This document shows, one piece after another, positions 24,144 to 33,416 of a stretch of 64,000 nt of DNA; position 1 is the first letter of the stretch, and every line of letters begins with the position of its first letter. Both the position numbers and the translations under genes were made by a program. The stretch covers positions 64,696 through 128,695 of the forward strand of contig CAWBPL010000002.1 in the NCBI GenBank assembly GCA_963790805.1, written 5' to 3'. The DNA comes from Candidatus Gottesmanbacteria bacterium. GTDB lineage: Bacteria; Patescibacteriota; Microgenomatia; UBA10105; UBA927. Under the pieces are notes generated by a model. The model searched no databases. It saw nothing but the letters and a program-made list of their open reading frames with translations, and was not told where the DNA came from.

Positions 24144-25013
24144 ACTCTTTTGTTTTTCCCAACGATCCCAAAGAATGAGAATGGGCGTTGCTATAAAATC
24201 CGAAGAATACGTTCCGGATATGGTACCGATAAGCAACGCGAATGCAAACCAATGGATGGTGTCCCCTCCCATGAGAACAAGCGCTAACAACATAAATATA
24301 ATAGTCAACGAATTGGCTAAAGACCTGCCGCATGTTTCAGTCAGCGCTTTATCACACAACTGATCAAACGGTAATCGTTCACCGCGTTTGAGCATTTCCC
24401 GTATGCGGTCAAAGACGACAATCGTATCGTGGACCGAAAAACTCATGGTCGTTAAAAACGCCGTAACAAATAATGTATCTACCTCAACATGATAAAAATG
24501 CCCTAGTAATGCAAATACGCCAAGAACAACTAATAGATCATGAATAAGCGCGATAACTGCTGAAACACCGAATTTAATATTTTTAAATGCATACGCGACG
24601 TACGAGAGGATCGCGATCATGGCAATAAGCGCTGCCGTAACGGTTTTCTGCAATAATTCCTTTCCTAATATCGGTCCGATGGTTTCATTTTTCACTATTT
24701 CCGCCTTCGGAACTGTCACCGCAAGTGTCTGCTCTAATGCCAACAAAGTTTCATTTTTCTCCGGCTTTAGGCGAATAAGATAGTTGTTTCCCGTAGCATT
24801 TTGTATGCTTGCTGCGGTAATACCGTCCTTCTGCAATACTTTTTCTATCGACGTTTGAGTGACAGGTATTGCAAAATGCACTTCAAGCAATGATCCGCCG
24901 GTAAAATCCACGGCAGGACGAAGCCCGAACATAAGAAGCGCAATAATTCCCGGCACAAGGACGAGTGATGACAGGAGAAAATACAAAATAATATATTTAG
25001 AAAATCTGATCAT
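24132..25013 (-). CDS. secF: protein translocase subunit SecF
   Basis: Six-TM SecF topology immediately downstream of secD. 293 aa. Confidence 0.9.
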   Translation of the reverse strand: MIRFSKYIILYFLLSSLVLVPGIIALLMFGLRPAVDFTGGSLLEVHFAIPVTQTSIEKVLQKDGITAASIQNATGNNYLIRLKPEKNETLLALEQTLAVTVPKAEIVKNETIGPILGKELLQKTVTAALIAMIAILSYVAYAFKNIKFGVSAVIALIHDLLVVLGVFALLGHFYHVEVDTLFVTAFLTTMSFSVHDTIVVFDRIREMLKRGERLPFDQLCDKALTETCGRSLANSLTIIFMLLALVLMGGDTIHWFAFALLIGTISGTYSSDFIATPILILWDRWEKQKSLRR

Positions 25014-25014
25014 A

Positions 25015-26376
25015 TTATTTTTCCTTATATAATACGCGAATAAACGTTCTGGTCACTACGATACCGGTAAATAAACTTGTTACAACTCCAATAAATAATG
25101 TGATTGCAAATCCGCGTACCATTCCAGAGCTCGGAAGCCATTGCCAATTACCCGGATTAAATAAGACCGCGCAGGTTATAAGAGTGGTAAAGTTGGCATC
25201 ACGAATGCTGTCCCACGCTTTACCAAACCCCAATTCCATTGCAACTTTCCACGGTTTACCCCGCCGTTTTTCTTCCTTAAACCGCTCAAATATAAGGATG
25301 TTGCTGTCAACCGCCATACCGATGGAAAGCAAAAAACCGGCAACACCTGGCAACGTTAAGGTAATGGGAATCCAGCGATAAATCGCGAAGTTGAGAAGTC
25401 CATACAGAATAAGCGCTGCATCAGCCAACACCCCCAACATACCGTACTTAGCAATCATGAACGCTGCAACAATGGCCAAACCGATAAACCCTGCACGAAG
25501 GCTCTCTTTCACAGACTCCTGACCAAGCGTCGCGCCGACCGTACTTTTTTCTACAACGCTTACCGGAACGGGAAGCGCTCCGGCATTTAATTGGAGGGCT
25601 AGAGTTTTTGCGGTATCCTGAGTAAAACTGCCGGTTATGGATGCTTTTCCATCAAGAATCGCCGTATTTACGCGCGGCCACGTAACCGGAAATTCATCAA
25701 GAAATATTGCCAACGGTTTTCCGACTAGCCGTTTTGTAATATCAGCAAACTTTTGCGCTCCAGTATCGTTAAACGTTATATCAACTTCCGGTTCGCCTGT
25801 CTGACTGCTAAATTGCATCTGTGCGCTCACGAGATCTTTTCCGGTCAATCCTGTTGATTTTGTATTATCGAGTGTCGGAATTAACAACGCGGACGTCGAA
25901 GCGTTATCATATTTTATAAATTCTCTAAACTCCAGCTGAGCGGTTTGACCGATGAGGTCAACTGCACGATTGACATCAGTGACACCTGGAAGTTCAACAA
26001 TAATGCGATACGAGTTTTGCGTATGGGCTGATTGAATGACCGGTTCGGATACGCCGAAAAGATTGATGCGCCGCTCAATTACTTGTGTTGCAGAATCCAG
26101 AGCGGACATTCGGTCAGCGGGTTTAATCCCGCTCATGTTGGCTTCGAGCGATAAATCCGCTCCTCCCGACAGATCGAGCCCTAATCGGGTTTTAAAATCT
26201 TTTGCAATTGATAATCCTAAAAAATTAATGTGAATTGACAGCGGATTCACAATCCTGTCAATCGTGGTATTACCGACGCGGAATTTTAAATGATAATTTT
26301 CCGGCAAATCAATCGCAATTAAAAATAACGCAAGAAGGATAAGGAGAAAAAATACTCGTTGGGGCGTTTTGAACAT
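25015..26376 (-). CDS. secD: protein translocase subunit SecD
   Basis: Large periplasmic P1 domain plus a C-terminal 5-TM bundle (LGLDLSGG, VDSNILIFERFKEE). Confidence 0.9.
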   Translation of the reverse strand: MFKTPQRVFFLLILLALFLIAIDLPENYHLKFRVGNTTIDRIVNPLSIHINFLGLSIAKDFKTRLGLDLSGGADLSLEANMSGIKPADRMSALDSATQVIERRINLFGVSEPVIQSAHTQNSYRIIVELPGVTDVNRAVDLIGQTAQLEFREFIKYDNASTSALLIPTLDNTKSTGLTGKDLVSAQMQFSSQTGEPEVDITFNDTGAQKFADITKRLVGKPLAIFLDEFPVTWPRVNTAILDGKASITGSFTQDTAKTLALQLNAGALPVPVSVVEKSTVGATLGQESVKESLRAGFIGLAIVAAFMIAKYGMLGVLADAALILYGLLNFAIYRWIPITLTLPGVAGFLLSIGMAVDSNILIFERFKEEKRRGKPWKVAMELGFGKAWDSIRDANFTTLITCAVLFNPGNWQWLPSSGMVRGFAITLFIGVVTSLFTGIVVTRTFIRVLYKEK

Positions 26377-26404
26377 AAATCATATTGTATCACGAAATTT
26401 CAAT

Positions 26405-26986
26405 TTAACTCACCAACTCTTCTTCATCTCCGATAATCATAACTCTCGATCCACCGACAACCGACAGCGCAAATGGATCGCGTCTGCTTTTTCTGAATTC
26501 GAATTCTTCTTCAGTCATGACAGTATAATTTATCTCTCTGTCTCTTCTTGCTTCTTCCGCTTTAATAATCTGAGACAGTTCCGGCAATACAATATTGCCA
26601 ACAACCAGTAAATCTACGTCGTTTGGAGATTTTTTTTGTAAGCCACGCAGATATCGACCGGATACCATAACGAATTTTAATTTACCGAGTTTGGCGCGTT
26701 GCTTAATTATGTCTGCGCCCAATCCTGATGCCTTTCCCACTAATTCCAATAACTCATAATATAATGGGTAATCTTTCCGGAATGAGTAGAAAAGCCTGTT
26801 TGCGCGCTGCTCTTTGGAAACCATTCCCGCCTTTTCCATGTGGGCTAATTCCCGCCGAACGGCATTAATTTCCTCGTCAACCCTCCTCACAATATCACGG
26901 ACATGAAAAATAGTTCCCGGGTGAGATAGGAATAATGTAAGAATTTTTACACGAACCCTGGAAATAATGATATCCTCAAGCATCAT
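26405..26986 (-). CDS. winged-helix transcriptional regulator with a C-terminal nucleotidyltransferase-like domain
   Basis: N-terminal wHTH (SRVRVKILTLFLSHPGTIFHVRDIVRRVDEEINAVRRELAHMEKAGMV). The C-terminus GRY...NDVDLLVVG resembles a minimal NTase. Confidence 0.55.
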   Translation of the reverse strand: MMLEDIIISRVRVKILTLFLSHPGTIFHVRDIVRRVDEEINAVRRELAHMEKAGMVSKEQRANRLFYSFRKDYPLYYELLELVGKASGLGADIIKQRAKLGKLKFVMVSGRYLRGLQKKSPNDVDLLVVGNIVLPELSQIIKAEEARRDREINYTVMTEEEFEFRKSRRDPFALSVVGGSRVMIIGDEEELVS

Positions 26987-27020
26987 ACACCAACTCCCTC
27001 CCAGGGCAGACTAATTGAAC

Positions 27021-28202
27021 TTAATATGTCACCGGTGTTCCGGTCGGCAGCATTTCGATCCAAATTTGACCTCGATTAAAATTGATTTCTTTACCCGTTC
27101 CATCATAAAACTTAGTCCTTGAGGTTCGAAGTGGCTTCTGCCACGTCCCCTTAATTACTTTTCCATCTTCAAACACAAGCGCATCTCCAGAACCGATATT
27201 TGCATAGAGCAAATGTCCGTGCTCATCAACCGGTCCTGTTTCTTTCGCAAATAATATTACAACATCATGCGCCGTAAGCTGTTGTTTCGATTCCAAATCA
27301 ATATGCGCTACTCCTCCATTAAACCGTTTGTATGTATTTGTTGCCCGATCGTAGTCCCAACGAACACCGTAATCGCTTTCATAGCCTTTCCATGCTACAA
27401 AACTCGCGGAGAATGATGCTGTTCGATCGGATAATTTGGCATCATCCTTAAATTTCCATGACTGAAAATTTTTATCCCAAGCGACGCCATTGGCGTCAAC
27501 ATTCGTCCAACCGCGTTGTGCCGCCAGACTTAACAATTTATCCGTTACACACGTCATGGTATGTTCTGTGGCGACGGGATGAGGAAGACGATCGTAGTTT
27601 CTATAACAAGTCGGAAACGAAATACCGAACTGGTCCATATCATGAATGTTATATTGATCTATCTGACAAAGAGCCTTTGCGCGATCATCAACCGTATCAT
27701 CACTGCACACTCCTGCCCCACCGACGTGATTGTATAAAGCATCGTATTCCAATACCCATGGTAAGAAATACGTTCTGGCGCTTCGAACTGGCGCGACGTC
27801 AACATTCCGAGCAGCTAAGCCACAATAAAATACCGCCATAAATCTGGTAATACCGCCTTCCGCAACGGCTTCATATACGACATCTGCATACGAAAGTCCT
27901 GATTGAGGTCGAGCTTCAACATGATTTTCAATCATAACCGCAAGGGGTCGATACTTTGACCATGCTTCTTGCTCTTGTTTTGTATACATCTCACCATTTA
28001 ATGGACAAACTTCTGTTTTCGGCGTTGAGGGATCTATAACAAAATGTTGTTGGCTGTCAGTACCTGTAGATGTGGTACTTATGGTCGGATAGGATGACTT
28101 TTTTGGGGCCAATAGGGTAAAACCGGCAAACGATAAACCTGTTGCTATAAGGTATAACGCAATGCCAACAAGAGCGGTTACAATATATTGGCTTTTATTC
28201 AT
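27021..28202 (-). CDS. DUF3048 domain-containing exported protein (YerB-like)
   Basis: N-terminal anchor, then RPLAVMIENHVEARPQSGLSYADVVYEAVAEGGITRFMAVFY, characteristic of DUF3048. Confidence 0.75.
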   Translation of the reverse strand: MNKSQYIVTALVGIALYLIATGLSFAGFTLLAPKKSSYPTISTTSTGTDSQQHFVIDPSTPKTEVCPLNGEMYTKQEQEAWSKYRPLAVMIENHVEARPQSGLSYADVVYEAVAEGGITRFMAVFYCGLAARNVDVAPVRSARTYFLPWVLEYDALYNHVGGAGVCSDDTVDDRAKALCQIDQYNIHDMDQFGISFPTCYRNYDRLPHPVATEHTMTCVTDKLLSLAAQRGWTNVDANGVAWDKNFQSWKFKDDAKLSDRTASFSASFVAWKGYESDYGVRWDYDRATNTYKRFNGGVAHIDLESKQQLTAHDVVILFAKETGPVDEHGHLLYANIGSGDALVFEDGKVIKGTWQKPLRTSRTKFYDGTGKEINFNRGQIWIEMLPTGTPVTY

Positions 28203-28675
28203 ATATGTTTTCCTTTAAATGGTTGAGCTTTTTGTATGGCTGTCTGTTCTTCTTTTGACAGTTCATATTCTTTTCCTTTACCGGTATGAACCTCTTTAAC
28301 ATACCACCTATTTCCCGTTCGTGCATAAAGCGATGTCATCACCAACCCGTTATCATGTCCATCTAAAAGCGCTAATGTAAAGCTTTGACTTCCTCCTGTA
28401 TCCGAAAACGGATTGAACCGGACGAGCCCTATTTTTTGTATATGCAACTTGCCGTCGGAATTTAGTTCACTAATCCGTTCCTCTAATTGATCGACATGTC
28501 GCTGTAATCCTTGCTGATTCTTTAAGATTTCTTCTAATATCTCCTTTAATCCCTGCTTTGAAATACCGTACGTCAATCTATTATAGTGTCCAATCATCCG
28601 AAACAAAAAGGTGCTTAAAACACTCAGCCAAAGAACAATTGCAATCCAAATAAGCGATCCTCCATTGAACACCAT
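28199..28675 (-). CDS. DUF4446 family protein
   Basis: TM segment, coiled coil, and LVRFNPFSDTGGSQSFTLALLD...SLYAR typical of DUF4446. 4-nt overlap with the downstream gene. Confidence 0.7.
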   Translation of the reverse strand: MVFNGGSLIWIAIVLWLSVLSTFLFRMIGHYNRLTYGISKQGLKEILEEILKNQQGLQRHVDQLEERISELNSDGKLHIQKIGLVRFNPFSDTGGSQSFTLALLDGHDNGLVMTSLYARTGNRWYVKEVHTGKGKEYELSKEEQTAIQKAQPFKGKHI

Positions 28676-28837
28676 TGGTATTCATCATCTTACGATCAAG
28701 ACAGATTGTTGTCAATATCGAATGTAAGAAATAAATCAAAAAAATGCCGTCCAGATACGCCAATGTATGTAATTCCGCTTCAACATATTTGACAAGGCTA
28801 CCGATCTCATGCTACGCTCATCCGCACGAGGCTAATT

Positions 28838-29122
28838 ATGCCGAAGAAAACCAAGAAACAAAAAATCCTTGCTGAACGAAGAAGAAAGAATATTACCCCA
28901 CTGATTTCCTATTCCTTGCAAACCAATAAAATAAGCGAACCGACTGTACAACCAGCATTTTCATTTCAGCCTTCTCAACAAATACATCATTCACAACCAC
29001 AGGTCGAAACAGATACCACAGAGTTACCAGTTATCAAACACGATTTAATGAAAACGCTTATTTTGGCATTCATTGCGTTTAGCATAGAAATAGGAATATA
29101 CTGGCAAATCCATGTAAAATAA
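28838..29122 (+). CDS. hypothetical tail-anchored membrane protein
   Basis: Basic N-terminus (PKKTKKQKILAERRRK) and a C-terminal TM segment (LILAFIAFSIEIGIYW). Confidence 0.5.
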   Translation: MPKKTKKQKILAERRRKNITPLISYSLQTNKISEPTVQPAFSFQPSQQIHHSQPQVETDTTELPVIKHDLMKTLILAFIAFSIEIGIYWQIHVK

Positions 29123-29154
29123 CAGATTATTCCTGAGAGGAGGTGAATAACACT

Positions 29155-29295
29155 ATGGCAAGTATGTATTGTGTAAAATGTCGCGCGAAGAGAGAAGATC
29201 CTAACGCGGTCAAAGTCACTATGAAAAACGGTAAACCGGCAATGAAAGGCAAATGCCCAGTATGCGGAACCGGAATGTACAAAATCGGTGGCTAA
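29155..29295 (+). CDS. 46-aa zinc-ribbon protein (DUF5679-like)
   Basis: Absent from the ORF track. GAGAGGAGGTG Shine-Dalgarno 7 nt upstream. MASMYCVKCRAKREDPNAVKVTMKNGKPAMKGKCPVCGTGMYKIGG with CxxC...CxxC. Followed by a strong terminator. Confidence 0.75.
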   Translation: MASMYCVKCRAKREDPNAVKVTMKNGKPAMKGKCPVCGTGMYKIGG

Positions 29296-29352
29296 AATTT
29301 TTTTGCAAACAAATTTCTGCCTACTATCTTAAGACATATGTCTTAAGAGGCG

Positions 29353-29383
29353 AAAAACCCCGTAGAATTTACGGGGTTTTTTA
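29353..29383. terminator. bidirectional intrinsic terminator
   Basis: AAAA-ACCCCGT-agaattt-ACGGGGT-TTTTTT lies between convergent genes. Preceded by the palindrome CTTAAGACATATGTCTTAAG. Confidence 0.8.
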
Positions 29384-30922
29384 TTCATTCTGAATTGGCC
29401 GGTATTGCAGAGCCTCGGCAACGTGAGATATAGTAATTTCTGTATCCTTTGATAAATCCGCAATAGTTCTTGCTACTTTTATAACTCTGTAATATGACCG
29501 TGCTGAAAGATGCATCCTGCTTACGGCTTGACGTAAAAATCCAAGCACCTCAGAAGATAATGCGCAATATTCCTTTACTGCGTTCGTCGTCATTTCCGCA
29601 TTCGAGCAATAGGATGCTCCTCGAAACCTCTTCTCTTGAATAATTCTTGCTTTTTGTACCCGTTGTCGTACCTCATGAGATGATTCAGATTTACGCACGG
29701 ACGTATCAACTAACTTTTCAACTTTAACTTCCGGCACAAAACTATGTAAATCAATCCGGTCAAGTATGGGTCCAGATATTCTTTTCTGATATCTCGATAC
29801 AGTGCCAGGTAAACAGGTACATCGTTTCGTGAGCGATCCAAAATTGCCGCAGGGACAAGGATTTGCAGCGCCAACAAGCATAAATTTAGCAGGATACGTG
29901 ACACTTCCCGATGCTCGAGAAATATGCACAATACCATCTTCAATCGGTTGTCGAAGCGCTTCTAAAACACTCCTCGGAAATTCTGGGAATTCGTCCAAAA
30001 ACAATACACCTCGGTGAGCCAACGATATTTCCCCAGGCTGAGGATGCGTACCTCCACCAATAAGTCCGATTCTCGATGTTGTATGGTGAGGTGCTCGAAA
30101 AGGTCTATATCGAATAATCGATTGACCGGATGGCAAATTACCCGTAACAGAATATATCTTTGTAACTTCTATCGCTTCTGTTTCGGAAAGCGAGGGTAAT
30201 ATTGACGGAAGCGCCCGCGCAAGCATAGTCTTCCCTGCTCCCGGTGGACCCTGCATAAAGAGGTTGTGACCCCCCGCCGCAGCGATCTCAAGCGCACGTT
30301 TCACATGCTCCTGCCCCTGAATATCTGATAAATCAAAATCGAAGTGTGGAGCTTCTTCAATTCGGGAAAAATGTGTAAATTTTTGCGGTTCAATAAGTAT
30401 CTTTTTTGTTAAATGATGAAATAGAGCTAACAAAGAGGACACTGGATAAATCGTAATTCCCTTAACAACAGACCCTTCAATCGCATCCACGGATGGCAAA
30501 TAAATGTCATGAATGTGTTTTTCTTCTGCTAAAAGGGCAATTGATAAAATACCATTAGTGTGGCGCACGCTACCATCCAGCGATAATTCCCCGAAATATA
30601 TTGCATTGTCACTTTCCAGAACCAATTGACCGGACGCTACAAGAATTCCTAAAGCGATAGGTAAATCATATGCCGGACCTGCCTTCGGAAGATCTGCTGG
30701 CGCCAGATTAACCGTTATCCTTTTCGCCGGAAACTCCGCACCGCTATTTTTTATTGCAGATCGCACCCGTTCTTTACTTTCTTCAACCGCTTTATCGGGT
30801 AATCCCACTATAGTAAACGACGGTAATCCTTGTGAAGCAATATCAACTTCTACCGTAATCGGCACAGCCTCCAAACCTATAACCGCCCCAGATACTATAT
30901 GAGCAAGCATTACTTTTACCAT
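29381..30922 (-). CDS. comM: Mg-chelatase-like AAA+ protein YifB/ComM
   Basis: N-terminal Lon-protease-like domain, Walker A GPPGAGKT, Walker B LFLDE, C-terminal ChlI domain. The start is ambiguous (30994, 30922 or 30910); homologs begin near MLAHIVSGAV. Confidence 0.88.
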   Translation of the reverse strand: MVKVMLAHIVSGAVIGLEAVPITVEVDIASQGLPSFTIVGLPDKAVEESKERVRSAIKNSGAEFPAKRITVNLAPADLPKAGPAYDLPIALGILVASGQLVLESDNAIYFGELSLDGSVRHTNGILSIALLAEEKHIHDIYLPSVDAIEGSVVKGITIYPVSSLLALFHHLTKKILIEPQKFTHFSRIEEAPHFDFDLSDIQGQEHVKRALEIAAAGGHNLFMQGPPGAGKTMLARALPSILPSLSETEAIEVTKIYSVTGNLPSGQSIIRYRPFRAPHHTTSRIGLIGGGTHPQPGEISLAHRGVLFLDEFPEFPRSVLEALRQPIEDGIVHISRASGSVTYPAKFMLVGAANPCPCGNFGSLTKRCTCLPGTVSRYQKRISGPILDRIDLHSFVPEVKVEKLVDTSVRKSESSHEVRQRVQKARIIQEKRFRGASYCSNAEMTTNAVKEYCALSSEVLGFLRQAVSRMHLSARSYYRVIKVARTIADLSKDTEITISHVAEALQYRPIQNE

Positions 30923-31024
30923 ACCCGTATCGCTTGATAATAACAACGATATACCATACAAATATCTGCTGAATGCTGTATATCCTTCGAGCATCCATCT
31001 TTCAACGCCAATTTCAGCCTTGGT

Positions 31025-31052
31025 TTGAAATTTGGCAGGATAGCTGTATAAT
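31025..31052 (+). promoter_or_regulatory. candidate promoter TTGAAA-N16-TATAAT for RNase P RNA
   Basis: The -10 box ends about 6 nt before the first base of the predicted P1 helix. Confidence 0.55.
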
Positions 31053-31058
31053 TATGGG

Positions 31059-31399
31059 GTACATTGGAATCCGAATCCTCGCTCCGATTTAATCGGAGAG
31101 GAAAGTCCAGACAGCAGAATATGAGGGGATCCCGCGTAAGCGGGACGTCGCAAGATCGGGTGTCCCGAGACTGAAAAGTCGAAGGAACAATACCTGAATC
31201 AACAGGTTGAGAGAGTCACAGAGACGATCATGCACCTGTAGCCCGACGGCTATGGAGCATGGGTGAAACGTTGACAATCCCACCCGCTGCAACCGGCGAA
31301 TGATCCGTTATAACCGCATATTCGGAAGGATCGAAGCGTACGGGCATTAGAGAAATGAGGATTTTAAAACAGAATCTGGCTTACGAGACTCCAATGTAC
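31059..31399 (+). ncRNA. rnpB: RNase P RNA (bacterial type A-like)
   Basis: Conserved GAGGAAAGTCC (CR-I) and ACAGAATCTGGCTTA (CR-V). The terminal P1 helix pairs GTACATTGGA with TCCAATGTAC. About 341 nt. Confidence 0.9.
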
Positions 31400-31410
31400 A
31401 TAAAAATCTC

Positions 31411-32421
31411 TCATGTTTTTGAGAGATTTTTTGTATGTTTGGCTCCTATTTTTGAAGAAGGCTCGATTAGAAGCTTCATCATCAACACCTGACAAACAAG
31501 CAAGACGGGCACTGCAAGGACTGCTCCGGTAATACCGGCAAGTTTTCCTCCAACCAGAAGCGCAAGAATAGTAATAAGAGGTGAAAGACCAACGCTTCTC
31601 TTCATCACAATTGGAACAACTATATTTCCCTCCACCTGATGAACGATAACGTATAAAGCGATAATGCTCAGCGCCAGAAGAGGCGATGTAGCAAATCCGA
31701 TGATTATTGCAGGGATCGCAGAGATGATTGGACCAATGTTGGGAACTATTTCCAATAACGCGGCAACGAGTGCAATGGGTAATGCAAAATCTACGCGAAG
31801 GATGATAAGTCCGATATAAACCAATATGCCGATCGTTAACATAAGTATAAGTTCTCCACGCACCCATGCACCAAGACGAGTCTCAATGGCCTTGAGAATA
31901 TCGACAGATTGTACGGCAATCGTCTCACCAAACATATCAGTTATAATCTGTTTTGTATGGCGTCGTTCTAGCAGTAAATAAAACGTAAATACCAAAACAG
32001 TGAATGTAGCGATTATATTTGAAAAAATTCCCAACGTTACGTTAATGACGTTTTCTCCGATCGGCGTTAACTGCTGAAAAATGGTCGTAAAATCCACATT
32101 CCAATACGGCAATACCTTTGCAACAGCCCCCGGTAGCTCTTGAGCTAAATGAGTGGATTGAACAATAAGAGATGGAATAGAACTAAAAAGTGACAGCCCG
32201 AATAAACCAAAGATCAGGGCATAAATGATAAGAATGGCAACGATACGCGGAATTTTTATCCGTTCAAGAAGTTGAACCAAAGGGTAAATTGCCGTCATGA
32301 GAAGAAATGAAACAAAAAGAAGATACAGGATGTCCCTAATCTGAAAAAGCAACCATGCCCCGACTACGACGGCAACCACAAATAACACAGTTTTTAGCGA
32401 TATTTCAATCTTTGTATTCAT
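31411..32421 (-). CDS. AI-2E family transporter (PerM/YhhT, UPF0118)
   Basis: 336 aa, about 8 TM segments, with the typical C-terminal half IPNIGPIISAIPAIIIG...VEGNIVVPIVM. Confidence 0.85.
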   Translation of the reverse strand: MNTKIEISLKTVLFVVAVVVGAWLLFQIRDILYLLFVSFLLMTAIYPLVQLLERIKIPRIVAILIIYALIFGLFGLSLFSSIPSLIVQSTHLAQELPGAVAKVLPYWNVDFTTIFQQLTPIGENVINVTLGIFSNIIATFTVLVFTFYLLLERRHTKQIITDMFGETIAVQSVDILKAIETRLGAWVRGELILMLTIGILVYIGLIILRVDFALPIALVAALLEIVPNIGPIISAIPAIIIGFATSPLLALSIIALYVIVHQVEGNIVVPIVMKRSVGLSPLITILALLVGGKLAGITGAVLAVPVLLVCQVLMMKLLIEPSSKIGAKHTKNLSKT

Positions 32422-33413
32422 GTACTATGTAAAGTATACCATTGACGAACCGACGCTGTCACATCAGCCAAATATGACGTTTGTTTTATATCAAACCAGT
32501 GAATTGAAGATATTTTCTTAAACCATGTTAGTTGTCTTCGGGCAAATCCGTGTTCATCAAATTTCCATTGTTGAATAATCTGCTGCTTTAAAGTTTCTTT
32601 GTCCTTCAGATGCCCTTCAAAATAATCTTTCCACTCTCTATATCCCAACCCGCTCATCGAAGGCAGAGACCACGAACAACCGGATTTACGTAATCCTGAA
32701 ACTTCATCAATAATTCCAGCTTTCAGTCGCTCGTCAACCCGCGAGTCTATTCGAGAATACAATATGCCATTTTCAGCTTTCAAACCGATCATTAAATAAT
32801 CATATTGAGCAGATTTAGGCAGAGGAGATTTGATTGATGCGTGTTTACCAATCTCTAATTTGCGAATAAGTCTTCTTGGATTATTTCTATCCGATTCATT
32901 TAATTTCTCCCAAACAGCAGGAAGTGAACGTTTTACGTTTCTTTGAAGTTGCTCTGTAGATGCTTCGGATAATTCCTTCCGCAAATCCACATCTGGAGGA
33001 ATCTCAATAGTATTGAATGGTTCTATAATCGATTGAATATACAATCCCGTTCCCCCTACAAGTATCGGCAATTTCCCCCGGCTGATAATATCGTTGATAA
33101 TTCGTCGAGCACATGTTTGGTAATGAGAAACGCTAAACTCCTCGTTTGGATAAACGACATCATAAAACCACAACGGAATATGTTGAACAATATATGAACG
33201 TAATACTATCTGTTTGTTTCCATGTTTCGTTTTTAAAATTGCACCAAGCGCGGGATTTTTACCTATGTCTTTTCCTGTTCCAATATCCATCCCTTTATAT
33301 ATCTGCCTCGAGTCCGCAGAAATAAGTTCACCGTGAAATTGTGAGGCAAGACGCAGGGCTAATGCAGTTTTCCCCGTTGCCGTCGGACCACAGATAACAA
33401 GAAGCTTTTCCAT
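32418..33413 (-). CDS. miaA: tRNA dimethylallyltransferase
   Basis: P-loop GPTATGKT, DSRQIYKGMDIGT, LVGGTGLY. Confidence 0.92.
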   Translation of the reverse strand: MEKLLVICGPTATGKTALALRLASQFHGELISADSRQIYKGMDIGTGKDIGKNPALGAILKTKHGNKQIVLRSYIVQHIPLWFYDVVYPNEEFSVSHYQTCARRIINDIISRGKLPILVGGTGLYIQSIIEPFNTIEIPPDVDLRKELSEASTEQLQRNVKRSLPAVWEKLNESDRNNPRRLIRKLEIGKHASIKSPLPKSAQYDYLMIGLKAENGILYSRIDSRVDERLKAGIIDEVSGLRKSGCSWSLPSMSGLGYREWKDYFEGHLKDKETLKQQIIQQWKFDEHGFARRQLTWFKKISSIHWFDIKQTSYLADVTASVRQWYTLHST

Positions 33414-33416
33414 GAT

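Noticed and set aside
31089-31292. 67-aa ORF
   Set aside because: It lies wholly inside, and antisense to, the RNase P RNA gene identified from the CR-I/CR-V motifs and P1 pairing.
31364-31867. 167-aa Cys/Arg/Tyr/Ser-rich ORF
   Set aside because: It is an alternative frame of the AI-2E transporter gene and runs into the RNase P RNA 3' end. Its composition is the out-of-frame echo of a hydrophobic membrane protein.
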